Shown in pieces: positions 1 through 8,497 of a stretch of 64,000 nt of DNA. The notes under the pieces are model-generated. The model was not told the origin of the DNA. It saw only the letters and a list, made by a program, of their open reading frames with translations, and ran no database searches. Each line of letters starts with the position of its first letter. Position 1 is the stretch's first letter. Position numbers and translations under genes: made by a program. Source of the stretch: Nitrospiraceae bacterium (GTDB lineage: Bacteria; Nitrospirota; Nitrospiria; Nitrospirales; Nitrospiraceae); contig JBFWWG010000004.1 in assembly GCA_050246315.1 (NCBI GenBank), positions 257,127 to 321,126 of the forward strand, in the 5' to 3' direction.

Positions 1-94
1 CCTCCGCTTCGGCCTCATTCGCCACCCGCTTTGATATGAAGGCACGAAGGCTGTCGTGGACTTGCTGCCAGATCTCCGTCACGACCTCCGCCAT
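1..94 (-). CDS. sigZ: ECF RNA polymerase sigma factor, SigZ-like (5' part only, runs off the window)
   Basis: Manual translation MAEVVTEIWQQVHDSLRAFISKRVANEAEAE matches the SigZ region-2 pattern (IW...H..L.AFI..RV). GAGG SD lies upstream. Not in the ORF track. Confidence 0.7.
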   Translation of the reverse strand, partial: MAEVVTEIWQQVHDSLRAFISKRVANEAEAE

Positions 95-139
95 GATGCC
101 CTCGCCGTGGGTTCTTCTACCGTACTGCGCCCAGCTTAG

Positions 140-360
140 CCCACATTATTCATGACGGTTCGTCACGAAACCACCAAGACGCCACGCGAGACAGGCACGC
201 GGAGCCGCGAGGAAGGAAGGCATACTTGAAACAGTATGTCGACCGACCGAGCGGCGAGCCTGCCCGCTTGGCTGCGGGAAACCGGCAGCCAAGCCCGTCG
301 CAGCGGCGTATCGGTGGTTGCATCGGTGGTTGCAGTAGAAGCGATCATGAATGATGTGGG
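140..360. mobile_element. MITE family A, copy 1
   Basis: Terminal IRs CCCACATTATTCATGA / TCATGAATGATGTGGG with TTAG on both sides (136-139, 361-364). Homologous inverted copy at 38932-39139. Confidence 0.8.
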
Positions 361-421
361 TTAGGACACGCAAGTCAGCGGCTCGTTCTGAACGCCGGCC
401 ACCGACCCCGAGGCAGCCTAA

Positions 422-622
422 CAGGCTGTTGAAAAACCTTTCGAGTACCCGCGAAATCCGGAACAGCGAGCGATCACGGACGATATCAGAACTGCGTGCA
501 GGATGGTCAAAAAGGTCGTCCAGCGAGGCCGCAGCGAGCGAGGAGGAGAAGCGTACTCTTCTCCGTACGGTGAGCCTCTGAGCGATGCGAGAACAAAGCT
601 GGCGGACTTTTTCACCATACTG
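422..622. mobile_element. MITE family B, copy 1 (201 bp)
   Basis: IRs CAGGCTGTTGAAAAA / TTTTTCACCATACTG with CTAA on both sides (418-421, 623-626). Homologous copy at 53269-53469. Confidence 0.85.
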
Positions 623-1033
623 CTAATGCTTCGGCACACAGCAGCCGGTATTCTTGAGCGGGCCAGTCACCTCCAACTGTTCGTAGACCGTAAAAACCTC
701 CCAGGCATTGCCGTCCGGATCGGTGAACCAGAGTTTGTCCTGCCGGGCGAAGCAACAGGCGACGTTGTCCTCGGCCCTATCGAGAATGCCCTGTTCCTGC
801 AGATGAGCTTTCCAGGCGGCAATCTCCTCGACGGACTCGACCTCAATTCCCAAATGATTCACCGAGCTGATCGTGCCCGTGGTGGAGACCAACGAAAGAT
901 TCAGCGCCGGCTTGGTTAAATCGAACTTGGCATAATCCGAGGTGACTTTCTGTGGCACTACTCCGAACACTCTCTGGTAGAACGCCACCGAAGCCGGCAC
1001 GTTGCGCACATCGAGCGACAGATGGGGTCTCAT
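623..1033 (-). CDS. ArsI/CadI-family VOC (glyoxalase-like) metalloenzyme
   Basis: N-terminal RPHLSLDV, NHLGIEV, and vicinal Cys pair in CCFARQDKLWFTDPDGNAWEVF. Confidence 0.85.
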   Translation of the reverse strand: MRPHLSLDVRNVPASVAFYQRVFGVVPQKVTSDYAKFDLTKPALNLSLVSTTGTISSVNHLGIEVESVEEIAAWKAHLQEQGILDRAEDNVACCFARQDKLWFTDPDGNAWEVFTVYEQLEVTGPLKNTGCCVPKH

Positions 1034-1161
1034 GAGAGGTCTCCTTGGTTCCGGCGAGGAGCCATTCCCTCGCTCTACCCTAAGAGACGAAGCATCCTGG
1101 AAAAGGACGCAACGTCTAGGCTGCGACTGTTTTGTCCATCGCTTCGCGCCTCACATGCCGA

Positions 1162-1190
1162 TTGACCAAAGATTCCAATCGGCGTAGCAT
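1162..1190 (+). promoter_or_regulatory. Putative sigma70 promoter
   Basis: TTGACC-N17-TAGCAT upstream of the ORF at 1353. Confidence 0.5.
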
Positions 1191-1352
1191 GGTTCCCTGT
1201 CGTTTCAGCGAGGGTGGCCGGCGTCTCTTCCGTGCGCTCCTGCCGGTGATTCTGCGCCCCGGATCTCCCCGCAGCCCCCTTCACTCCGACGCCGGATACC
1301 TCGCCGCTGATCGTCGTTTCCCAGATGCGGATCCCTTGGAACGAGGGTCCTC

Positions 1353-1823
1353 ATGGACGCGATTACCCGCCGTGAGTGCATTCCCCTCCTGGCACTGACC
1401 ATTGTGTCGTTGGTTCTCTTCGGGCTCCGCTCGAATGATCGTGAGGCCGGTGCAACTTCCTCCTCCCCGCTGGCTACCGTAGCCCCCACCGAACATCTGC
1501 TCCCAGCGAGCACCTGGGTGGACGACCTGGAAGACAAGCTCACCACCTACTTCGCAGAAAAATATCCTGCGTACGATTTTTCGCCGTACCGGCAGGAATT
1601 GGACCGGGTTCGGAGCGCGGCCAGCCGTGGTGATCGGTGGGCCGCGAAACGGGAAATGGGCGTGTTTCTCAAGATGGTGGGCAGTCGCGCCTACGGCTTG
1701 GCCGATGACGCCGCCGAGGAGTTGGCCGCCTCTTCTCAGGAGGCAATGCCCGACGAGGAGTTTGCCATCGTCTATCCCGGAGGGTTGGATCCGACGACGG
1801 ACGCGGCAGCGATGACTTGGTGA
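1353..1823 (+). CDS. Hypothetical protein with N-terminal hydrophobic anchor
   Basis: 156-aa ORF with a GAGG SD, an N-terminal hydrophobic segment and helical composition. Confidence 0.65.
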   Translation: MDAITRRECIPLLALTIVSLVLFGLRSNDREAGATSSSPLATVAPTEHLLPASTWVDDLEDKLTTYFAEKYPAYDFSPYRQELDRVRSAASRGDRWAAKREMGVFLKMVGSRAYGLADDAAEELAASSQEAMPDEEFAIVYPGGLDPTTDAAAMTW

Positions 1824-1858
1824 TAGGGGGTAAACCGCCCGGAAAGGAGGGACTGGTT

Positions 1859-2098
1859 ATGGCCTCGCATACACCTGTGGCCCATAAGATTCTTGGCGAA
1901 GTGAAACGGTCGCATGGCTGCGATCTGGATACCCTGGCGAATCGCCTGCCTGATCTGTCCTGGAACCAGGTCTTCCTCGAAGTCGATCGGCTGAGCCGCC
2001 AGGGAGAGGTGCTGGTGACCTTCGGTACGGAAGGCGGCTACATGATCCGGTTGCCGGATCATAAGAGGAAAGTCGTAACCCATTCGGGCAGGCCCTGA
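1859..2098 (+). CDS. Small hypothetical protein, possible winged helix
   Basis: Strong AAGGAGG SD before ATG 1859. LSWNQVFLEVDRLSRQGEV pattern followed by a beta-hairpin-like segment. Confidence 0.7.
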   Translation: MASHTPVAHKILGEVKRSHGCDLDTLANRLPDLSWNQVFLEVDRLSRQGEVLVTFGTEGGYMIRLPDHKRKVVTHSGRP

Positions 2099-2168
2099 TC
2101 GACAACAGCGCTGACCCGTCGCATTGCGAAGGTGAGCAGGCCGGTCTCCCTCCTTGAGGACCATCTAC

Positions 2169-2651
2169 TCAGTACCGAGACTCCATCTTGATCTCAAATC
2201 GAACTGGATCTCGGGAGGTCTCCGGAAATGCCATCATTGTGCCGGCCACGGTCGAGACTCGGGGAGAGGTGAAGGGACTGCCCGTCTCGTAGTCGGTCTT
2301 CAGGGTCGAAAGACTGCTGACAATGCCCCTGTGATCAAAATAGATCCCGAGATCGTATTGGGTATCGTATAGGCCGGGGCTATTGTAGAGGAAGCCGTAC
2401 AACAGCAGGTACTCCAGCGGATTGATCCTGCCGGACGCATAGCTATAGCCCCACCATTCTCTGGTCCATCCCCCCATCTCGATGCTTCGTTGATTGGACG
2501 GATTGCCGAGGAGGCTGGCGACCTGCTGTTTGGTCGTCTTCCCGACTGTGATCTGGGCCATCGTCTGGTCGTCGGCCAGATTCGAATTACCTGTCGAGAC
2601 ACAGCCGGCGAGCCACAACCCAAACAACGCCGGCCCAAGCCTGCTCGGCAT
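2169..2651 (-). CDS. SmpA/OmlA(BamE)-like lipoprotein
   Basis: GGAGGAGG SD before ATG 2651, lipobox LAGC, and motif ITVGKTTKQQVASLLGNP...WGYSY. Confidence 0.7.
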   Translation of the reverse strand: MPSRLGPALFGLWLAGCVSTGNSNLADDQTMAQITVGKTTKQQVASLLGNPSNQRSIEMGGWTREWWGYSYASGRINPLEYLLLYGFLYNSPGLYDTQYDLGIYFDHRGIVSSLSTLKTDYETGSPFTSPRVSTVAGTMMAFPETSRDPVRFEIKMESRY

Positions 2652-2772
2652 CGTCCTCCTCCAGTTCCGCGAACCGGGTCTTCTCCCGTCCGCCAACGTC
2701 CCCTCGCAAAACCTCGTCCAGACCCGGCGCATTGCAGCACCGGCGATGCACGATGTCAACAGGACTCCCGGC

Positions 2773-4683
2773 TTACCTGGCAAACACCAGCAAGCTGTTG
2801 GCGGGGAGGACGAGCGAGGCGGAATAGCCGAACCCGTGCAATGGATGCGGGTCGGCGACGACCTGGCCGCCGTTGCCGGCGACCTGAGGATTGACCCAGT
2901 TTTCGTAGACGTCGCTGTTGAAGACTTCGCGCCAGGCCCCGCCGGCGGGGAACCCAATGCGATAGCCGAAGCGGGTGAAGGTCGCCAGGTGCAGGACCAC
3001 GAGCACATCCTGCCCTTCACCTTCTACCCAGCGGTGAAAGGCCAGCACACGATTCTGGTCGTGCACATGTACCACGCGAAAACCCTGCCCCCGCATGCCC
3101 GGATGGTTCCGGCGCAGGCCGATCAACTCCCGTGTGAATCGCACGTGATCAAGCATCTGCTTGTCACCCCGGTCCAGACCATTCCAATAGAGCAGGAGGT
3201 CTCGGTCTAACTCGAAATTGTCCGACCACTGTTTGTCTTCGAGAAACTCCTGCCCCATGAACAGCATTGGGATACCAGGCGCAGTCAGGCTGAGGCCGGT
3301 CGCGACCCGGGCTCGGCTGCGGCCGTACCATGACCGCGGGTTTTCGGGATCGCCGAGTCGGGCAATCCGCTGTTCACGTCCTTTCAACACGATGTCGTGG
3401 TTCTCCGGTCCCTGCACGAAGCGCCAGGATTCATAAAAGCCGTCCGGCCAGAGGCTGTTCGCCAGGCCCGTCATGTTGAGCGCCCGTTCATCAGGCGCGC
3501 TGGCGTTCCCAATGACGTCGCGGATGGCGATGCGCAACCCGTCCGTCAAGGTCGTATCGAACCCAGCTCCGTCCGGAGCGGTTTTTACGACGTAGGGATT
3601 CACGTTCCAATACTCGGCATGGTTCAACGCGCTCGGCCGCCGTGCGTGCAGCGTGGACGTGAGATCCTGGCAGAACCGCCACCCGTGCGGCGCGCCGTCG
3701 TGGTCGATCACGCTCACCTGATCGTAGCGGAAGCCATCCACTCGGTATTCATCCAGAAAGAACTTGGCGTTTTGGATCAGAAAATCGCGCACCTCCGGCT
3801 TGGCATAATCGAACACCAGGCCGCCCGCATGGCCCTTGTCGGTGAAGTACAAGGAGTTGCGATTCCCTCCTGTGGTGGATTGCCGGTCGAGGAAGTAGAG
3901 GCTCTGGTCCCCAAAATCGCCGCCGGCATGGTTGTAGACGACATCGAGGATCACAGCCATTCCGTACAGATGACACAGATCCACCAGCGCCTTGAGCTGG
4001 TTCATCTCGCCGCGCAGCTCCTCCGTATGATATCTGCGCAGCCCCTTCGCATCGAGCAGCTTGTTGACCTCTGCTACAGAAGAAGCCAGCGCATCGCCCG
4101 ACACGGAAAAGTCCATCTCGGGAGAAAAATAGTCGGTGCCGTTGTAGCCGAGGCTGAACTGCGTTTGAAATTCCTGAATCGGCATGAGTTGCAGCGCGGT
4201 CACGCCCAGCTCGGCGAGATGCGGAATTTTTCTCGCTACGTCCAGGAACGTGCCGCCCTTGTCCGGCAGATTCGGCGTGAAGAACGTCCCGACATGCAGT
4301 TGATAGAGGATGAACTCATCGAAGCGCGGGGTGACATACCCGCTCTCGTGCCATGGGAAATCCGTCTTGCGAATGACGCACTCGCTTGGGAAGGGAGTCT
4401 CTAACTCGCGGGCGTAAGGGTCTCGCTTGGGCCCTTCGCTCCCCTCGCCGACGATGTAGAACATGTAACGCTGGCGGTCTCGCACGCCCGGGACGAAGCC
4501 GCGCCAATGTCCGTAGGCGTCGCGCGTGAGCAGGCTCGTATCGTTGCGCAGGCGGTTGTTGAAATCCCCAAGTACGTGGACAGAGCGGGCCTGCGGCGCC
4601 CAGACTCGAAACGTCGCACCGTCGGCGATGAGGTTGGCCCCCATCGGGGTACCGGAATGAATGTGGTCGAGCGAGGCCGGCAC
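2773..4683 (-). CDS. GH13 alpha-glucan enzyme with CBM48 (GlgB/TreZ-like)
   Basis: FRVWAP, DPYA, LDVVYNH and catalytic motifs DGFRYD, AEYW, NHD. GlgB-like C-terminal domain. Confidence 0.9.
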   Translation of the reverse strand: MPASLDHIHSGTPMGANLIADGATFRVWAPQARSVHVLGDFNNRLRNDTSLLTRDAYGHWRGFVPGVRDRQRYMFYIVGEGSEGPKRDPYARELETPFPSECVIRKTDFPWHESGYVTPRFDEFILYQLHVGTFFTPNLPDKGGTFLDVARKIPHLAELGVTALQLMPIQEFQTQFSLGYNGTDYFSPEMDFSVSGDALASSVAEVNKLLDAKGLRRYHTEELRGEMNQLKALVDLCHLYGMAVILDVVYNHAGGDFGDQSLYFLDRQSTTGGNRNSLYFTDKGHAGGLVFDYAKPEVRDFLIQNAKFFLDEYRVDGFRYDQVSVIDHDGAPHGWRFCQDLTSTLHARRPSALNHAEYWNVNPYVVKTAPDGAGFDTTLTDGLRIAIRDVIGNASAPDERALNMTGLANSLWPDGFYESWRFVQGPENHDIVLKGREQRIARLGDPENPRSWYGRSRARVATGLSLTAPGIPMLFMGQEFLEDKQWSDNFELDRDLLLYWNGLDRGDKQMLDHVRFTRELIGLRRNHPGMRGQGFRVVHVHDQNRVLAFHRWVEGEGQDVLVVLHLATFTRFGYRIGFPAGGAWREVFNSDVYENWVNPQVAGNGGQVVADPHPLHGFGYSASLVLPANSLLVFAR

Positions 4684-4687
4684 CCGG

Positions 4688-5242
4688 CTATTTCTTTCTT
4701 TTTGTCGCTGATTTCGTTGGCATTGATTTCTTTGTCGTAGGTTTCTTGGTCATGGATTTCTTCGTCATGGATTTCTTCGTCATGGAGCTCTTCCCCATTG
4801 ACCTCATCGTGCTCTCCGCCAGCTCACGCACGAATGATTCCGGATCGGCTTCGGCCATCCGCTTGACCCTGGCAGTCACTGCGGGAGACCTGAACCCGGC
4901 CGCCGACTTCAGAACAACCTTGCGGACCCCCATGTCCGAATCGTCCTGTAACAGTCCCGCGACCTTGTCCGCGTGAACCTCAGAGAGGTTGCGGATACCC
5001 GCCGCGACCGCAACCCGCAGGGTGGGCTCATTCCTTGCCACCGCCGCTTTTAGCACCGCGGCCGCCTTTTCGCCTTTGATCAGACTCGCCAGATAGGCTG
5101 CCTTCGCAGCCAACCCAAGGTCTCCGCCCTGTACCAGTTCCAAAAGAAATGGAATCGCCGGCACACCGAGCTTCTTGGCGCTTTGGTAATCTACTTCTTC
5201 CGCGTCAAGCCAGCGGCGTACATCTGTCATGGTCATCGCCAT
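4688..5242 (-). CDS. HEAT-repeat protein with Lys-rich tail
   Basis: Repeats LRVAVAAGI, DSDMGVRKVV, DPESFVRELA. C-terminal (SMTKK)n tail. Confidence 0.75.
   Translation of the reverse strand: MAMTMTDVRRWLDAEEVDYQSAKKLGVPAIPFLLELVQGGDLGLAAKAAYLASLIKGEKAAAVLKAAVARNEPTLRVAVAAGIRNLSEVHADKVAGLLQDDSDMGVRKVVLKSAAGFRSPAVTARVKRMAEADPESFVRELAESTMRSMGKSSMTKKSMTKKSMTKKPTTKKSMPTKSATKRKK
4741..4786. repeat. 15-bp tandem repeat encoding SMTKK
   Basis: Three TTCTT(C/G)GTCATGGA units with degenerate flanking units. Confidence 0.8.
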
Positions 5243-5251
5243 AGCGTCCCC

Positions 5252-6958
5252 CTAGGTATCAAAGGTCAGTGTGCTCGCCCTCATCGTATTCACCTCCGTC
5301 GAGCTGAGATCGGGCGGAGGATTCGTGATGTTCGCCGTCCCATTTCCGGTCATCAACTGATTATTGTTGGTGACATGATTCAGCCCCAACACATGCCCCA
5401 CTTCGTGTCCCAGGGTCCAGATCGTCGCACCTTGCGCCACCACCGCCCCAGGGCGCCCTTGCGGATGGGCCGCGCACCCGTTGTACGGGGGCACGGTGGA
5501 ACGCACAAAGTAGACCACCACATCGCGGCCCCACGCATTGTTGCGATTCCCAAAGAGCTGGGTCTGTTCAGCCGTCACCGTGCCACGCGTACAGCCCCCG
5601 ACATCCACATCGTTGAGGGCCGGCAAGCTGAGCGTCTCGGTACTGACCCGGTGCACGCGAATTCCCACCGACTCATAGACTTGTTGCATCGCCACCACCA
5701 TCCGATCGATCGAAATCGTGGGGTTGGTTAAGACCTTAATATGGAGACGAAGAGTTTGCTCGCCGACCTCAAAGCGGTTGTCCGCCGTGTTCAGCAGCCA
5801 CCCGCCGAACCGCGTGCCGTTCGGCGCCATCATCGGCACAGTAAAGGTATTGCCCGTCAGACGAAAGATGCCCATCCCCCAGGGACTCGTGACCAGGATA
5901 TCTTCCCTCCCGTCGCCAGTGAAGTCCGCCAAACTGTCGAACTGGTTGTCCGCCGTATTCAGCAGCCACCCGCCGAACCGCGTGCCGTTCGGCGCCATCA
6001 TGGGAACCGAAAAGGTGTTGCCGGAGAGTTTCAGGACTCCGACTCCCCAGGGACTGGAGATGAAGATTTCGGCCTTGCCGTCCCCGTCGAAATCCGCTGC
6101 CGGTCCTATGCGGTTGTCGAGCGTATTGAGCAACCAGCCGCCGAACCGCGTTCCATTCGGCGCCATCATCGGAGCGGTCAGAGTACTGCCGTTCAGCTTC
6201 AGCACCCCGATGCCCCAGGGGCTGGTCATGAGCAACTCCGCCTTACCGTCACCGTCCAAATCCACACTGGTCACCAGATGATTGTCCACGGTGTTGAGCA
6301 GCCATCCGCCGAACCGCGTCCCATTCGGAGCCATCATGGGTGCGGTCAACGCACTCCCGCTCAATTTCAGCACGCCGAGGCCCCAGGGACTGGTGATTAG
6401 AATCTCATCCTTCCCGTCTCCATCCATGTCGCCGACAGGGCTAAAGCGGTTATCGGCCGTATTGAGCAACCAGCCTCCAAACCTGGTTCCATTTTCCGCC
6501 ATCATCAGAACCGAGAAGGTATTGCCGCTGAGCTTGAGGATGCCGATCCCCCAGGAACTCGTGACCAGGATCTCCGCCTTTCCATCTCCGTCGAAGTCGC
6601 CCACTGGTCCAAATCGATTGTCCGCCGTGTTCAACAACCATCCTCCGAAGCGGGTTCCGTTCGGGGCCATCATCGGAGCGGTGAGTGTGGTTCCGCTCAA
6701 TTTCAGTACCCCGACACCCCATGGGCTGGTCACAAGCAATTCGGTTTTTCCGTCCCCATCGAAATCAGCCATCAGGTCGAAGCGGTTGTCCCCCGTGTTC
6801 AGGAGCCAGCCCCCGAAACGGGTCCCGTTCGGCGCCATCATCGGAGCGACCAGCGTATTCCCTGACAACTTCAAGATGCCGATGCCCCAGGGGCTCGTGA
6901 CCGGGATCTCCGCCCTTCCATCACCGTCAAAGTCACTTCTCTTTCCAGCCATTGCCAT
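5252..6958 (-). CDS. Seven FG-GAP/VCBS-like repeats (beta-propeller) fused to a metzincin Zn-metallopeptidase
   Basis: Seven ~56-aa repeats DxDGDG..E...SPWG.G.L...MMAPNGTRFGGWLLNT.DN. C-terminal HEVGHVLGLNH and Met-turn QLM. Confidence 0.85.
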   Translation of the reverse strand: MAMAGKRSDFDGDGRAEIPVTSPWGIGILKLSGNTLVAPMMAPNGTRFGGWLLNTGDNRFDLMADFDGDGKTELLVTSPWGVGVLKLSGTTLTAPMMAPNGTRFGGWLLNTADNRFGPVGDFDGDGKAEILVTSSWGIGILKLSGNTFSVLMMAENGTRFGGWLLNTADNRFSPVGDMDGDGKDEILITSPWGLGVLKLSGSALTAPMMAPNGTRFGGWLLNTVDNHLVTSVDLDGDGKAELLMTSPWGIGVLKLNGSTLTAPMMAPNGTRFGGWLLNTLDNRIGPAADFDGDGKAEIFISSPWGVGVLKLSGNTFSVPMMAPNGTRFGGWLLNTADNQFDSLADFTGDGREDILVTSPWGMGIFRLTGNTFTVPMMAPNGTRFGGWLLNTADNRFEVGEQTLRLHIKVLTNPTISIDRMVVAMQQVYESVGIRVHRVSTETLSLPALNDVDVGGCTRGTVTAEQTQLFGNRNNAWGRDVVVYFVRSTVPPYNGCAAHPQGRPGAVVAQGATIWTLGHEVGHVLGLNHVTNNNQLMTGNGTANITNPPPDLSSTEVNTMRASTLTFDT

Positions 6959-7047
6959 ACCTCCATCATCAACAATGTGAAGCGAAGGGGATGAACCGCC
7001 TGCGGTACCGACGCGTGTGTCTCAGCAGCTTCCTTCGGCAGCCGGGA

Positions 7048-7413
7048 TTACCGCTTTGAGTCAGATCGACTCTCCACGGCGATCTCGGCTGCCTTGCGTC
7101 CACAACGATTCGAGACAACAGTCTTTATACGTTTATGCAGCTCTTCGTTCAACCCGCCGGCGGTCAGGAACTGGCTGAAGAGGCCGAGGCTGTCGAGGCC
7201 CGTTTCCTCCAGGCGGACTTTCAGCCAGGTCTTGCCTCGCAAGAGAACGACTACCGGTGCCGAACGCAACCGGCATACCACTGAGAGTTCGGATGCGGAA
7301 TCGATGGAAGTGATTGTTATGACAGAGGCGAAAGGTGCGATCGTTGGATCGTGTGACTCAACGAACGCCTTGAGAGCGGTATCGGAATCGATACAGAGAC
7401 GTTATTGGAGCAT
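7048..7413 (-). pseudogene. Possible degenerate receiver-like gene with a stop at codon 4
   Basis: MLQ*RLCIDSDTALKAFVE...APVVVL...FL...EELHKRIKTVV loosely follows REC-domain spacing. TAA at 7402-7404. Confidence 0.25.
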
Positions 7414-7538
7414 TATCGGATCGGATACAGGGACCAGACCGACGGGAGACTAACAGGATGAATAGCCCTCGACGGGCCTCGCGCTCTGTCCGCGACTGAG
7501 CTTAGTCGTTAGAAACAGGTCAGCGCATATGGACATAT

Positions 7539-8497
7539 GGGGTCAGATCTTGTTTTGTGCGTACCGATGAGCTAGACTTAATGGCATGGCCCGCCCGCTT
7601 CGCCTTGAATTTCCGGGGGCGCTGTACCACGTCACCGCTCGGGGGAACGCCCGCCACGCCATCGTCCTCGACGACCAGGACCGGCAGCGGTTTCTCGATG
7701 TGCTGGCACGTGTGGTCGACCACTTTCACCTGCTGCTTCACGCCTATTGCCTGATGGACAACCACTACCATCTGCTGGTGGAAACACCGGAGGCGAATCT
7801 CTCGAGGGCCATGCGCCAGCTCAACGGCGTATATACCCAAGCCTTTAACCGCCGCCACCGGCGAGTGGGCCATGTGCTCCAAGGCCGCTTCAAGGCCATT
7901 GTGGTGGACCGGGACAGCTATCTGCTGGAACTGTGCCGGTACGTGGTCCTCAATCCGGTGCGCGCGAAAAGTACCCGCAAACCAGAGACGTATGCATGGT
8001 CCAGCTACCGGGCCACAGCTGGCCTCGCCGCCACGCCACCGTTTCTGGCCGTGGATTGGCTGCTCTCCCAATTCGGCCGCCAGCGCCTGGCCGCTCAGCG
8101 AAAGTATCGGACCTTCGTCGCCGAGGGCATAGGGCAGGGCTCCCCGTGGGAGCATGTGCAGGGGCAGGTGCTGCTCGGGAGCGAGCGGTTCATCGACCGA
8201 CTTCGGGTGGGGTTACAGGACAAGCGTGCCCTTCAGGAGATTCCCCGAGCGCAACGATTTGCCGCCCGGCCGAAGCTCAGCCACCTGTTTTCCGTCCGAC
8301 TCGGCACCGACCGCACGCGCCGCAACGAGGTCATCCGTCGTGCCCACGTGGACCACGGCTACAGCTTGTCCGAGATCGGGCAGGCGGTGGGGTTGCACTA
8401 TTCGACCATCAGCCGGATCGTGAATCGGCAGGCCACCGATAATGCACATCGCAAGACCCGACCCCGTGATGATAATGCACATAACAAGACCTGACCC
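7539..8497 (+). mobile_element. IR-bounded HUH/Y1 element 1
   Basis: 21-bp inverted repeats at 7540-7560 and 8477-8497 (19/21 match) enclosing a single Y1 gene. Confidence 0.75.
7586..8494 (+). CDS. HUH Y1 transposase-like nuclease (RAYT-like) with C-terminal HTH
   Basis: MARPLR..YHVTARGN, HUH motif LMDNHYHLL, catalytic RYVVLNPVRA, WSSY, and HTH YSLSEIGQAVGLHYSTISRIV. Confidence 0.9.
   Translation: MARPLRLEFPGALYHVTARGNARHAIVLDDQDRQRFLDVLARVVDHFHLLLHAYCLMDNHYHLLVETPEANLSRAMRQLNGVYTQAFNRRHRRVGHVLQGRFKAIVVDRDSYLLELCRYVVLNPVRAKSTRKPETYAWSSYRATAGLAATPPFLAVDWLLSQFGRQRLAAQRKYRTFVAEGIGQGSPWEHVQGQVLLGSERFIDRLRVGLQDKRALQEIPRAQRFAARPKLSHLFSVRLGTDRTRRNEVIRRAHVDHGYSLSEIGQAVGLHYSTISRIVNRQATDNAHRKTRPRDDNAHNKT

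Noticed and set aside
351..919. Short ORFs sharing peptides (MVKK.VQRGRSERGGEAYSSPY) with ORFs at 53265-53748
   Set aside because: The similarity comes from MITE family B DNA, not from a protein family.
5760..6935. 168-bp DNA repeats as CRISPR or DGR template/variable repeats
   Set aside because: They are in-frame protein repeats with largely synonymous variation, and no reverse transcriptase is present.
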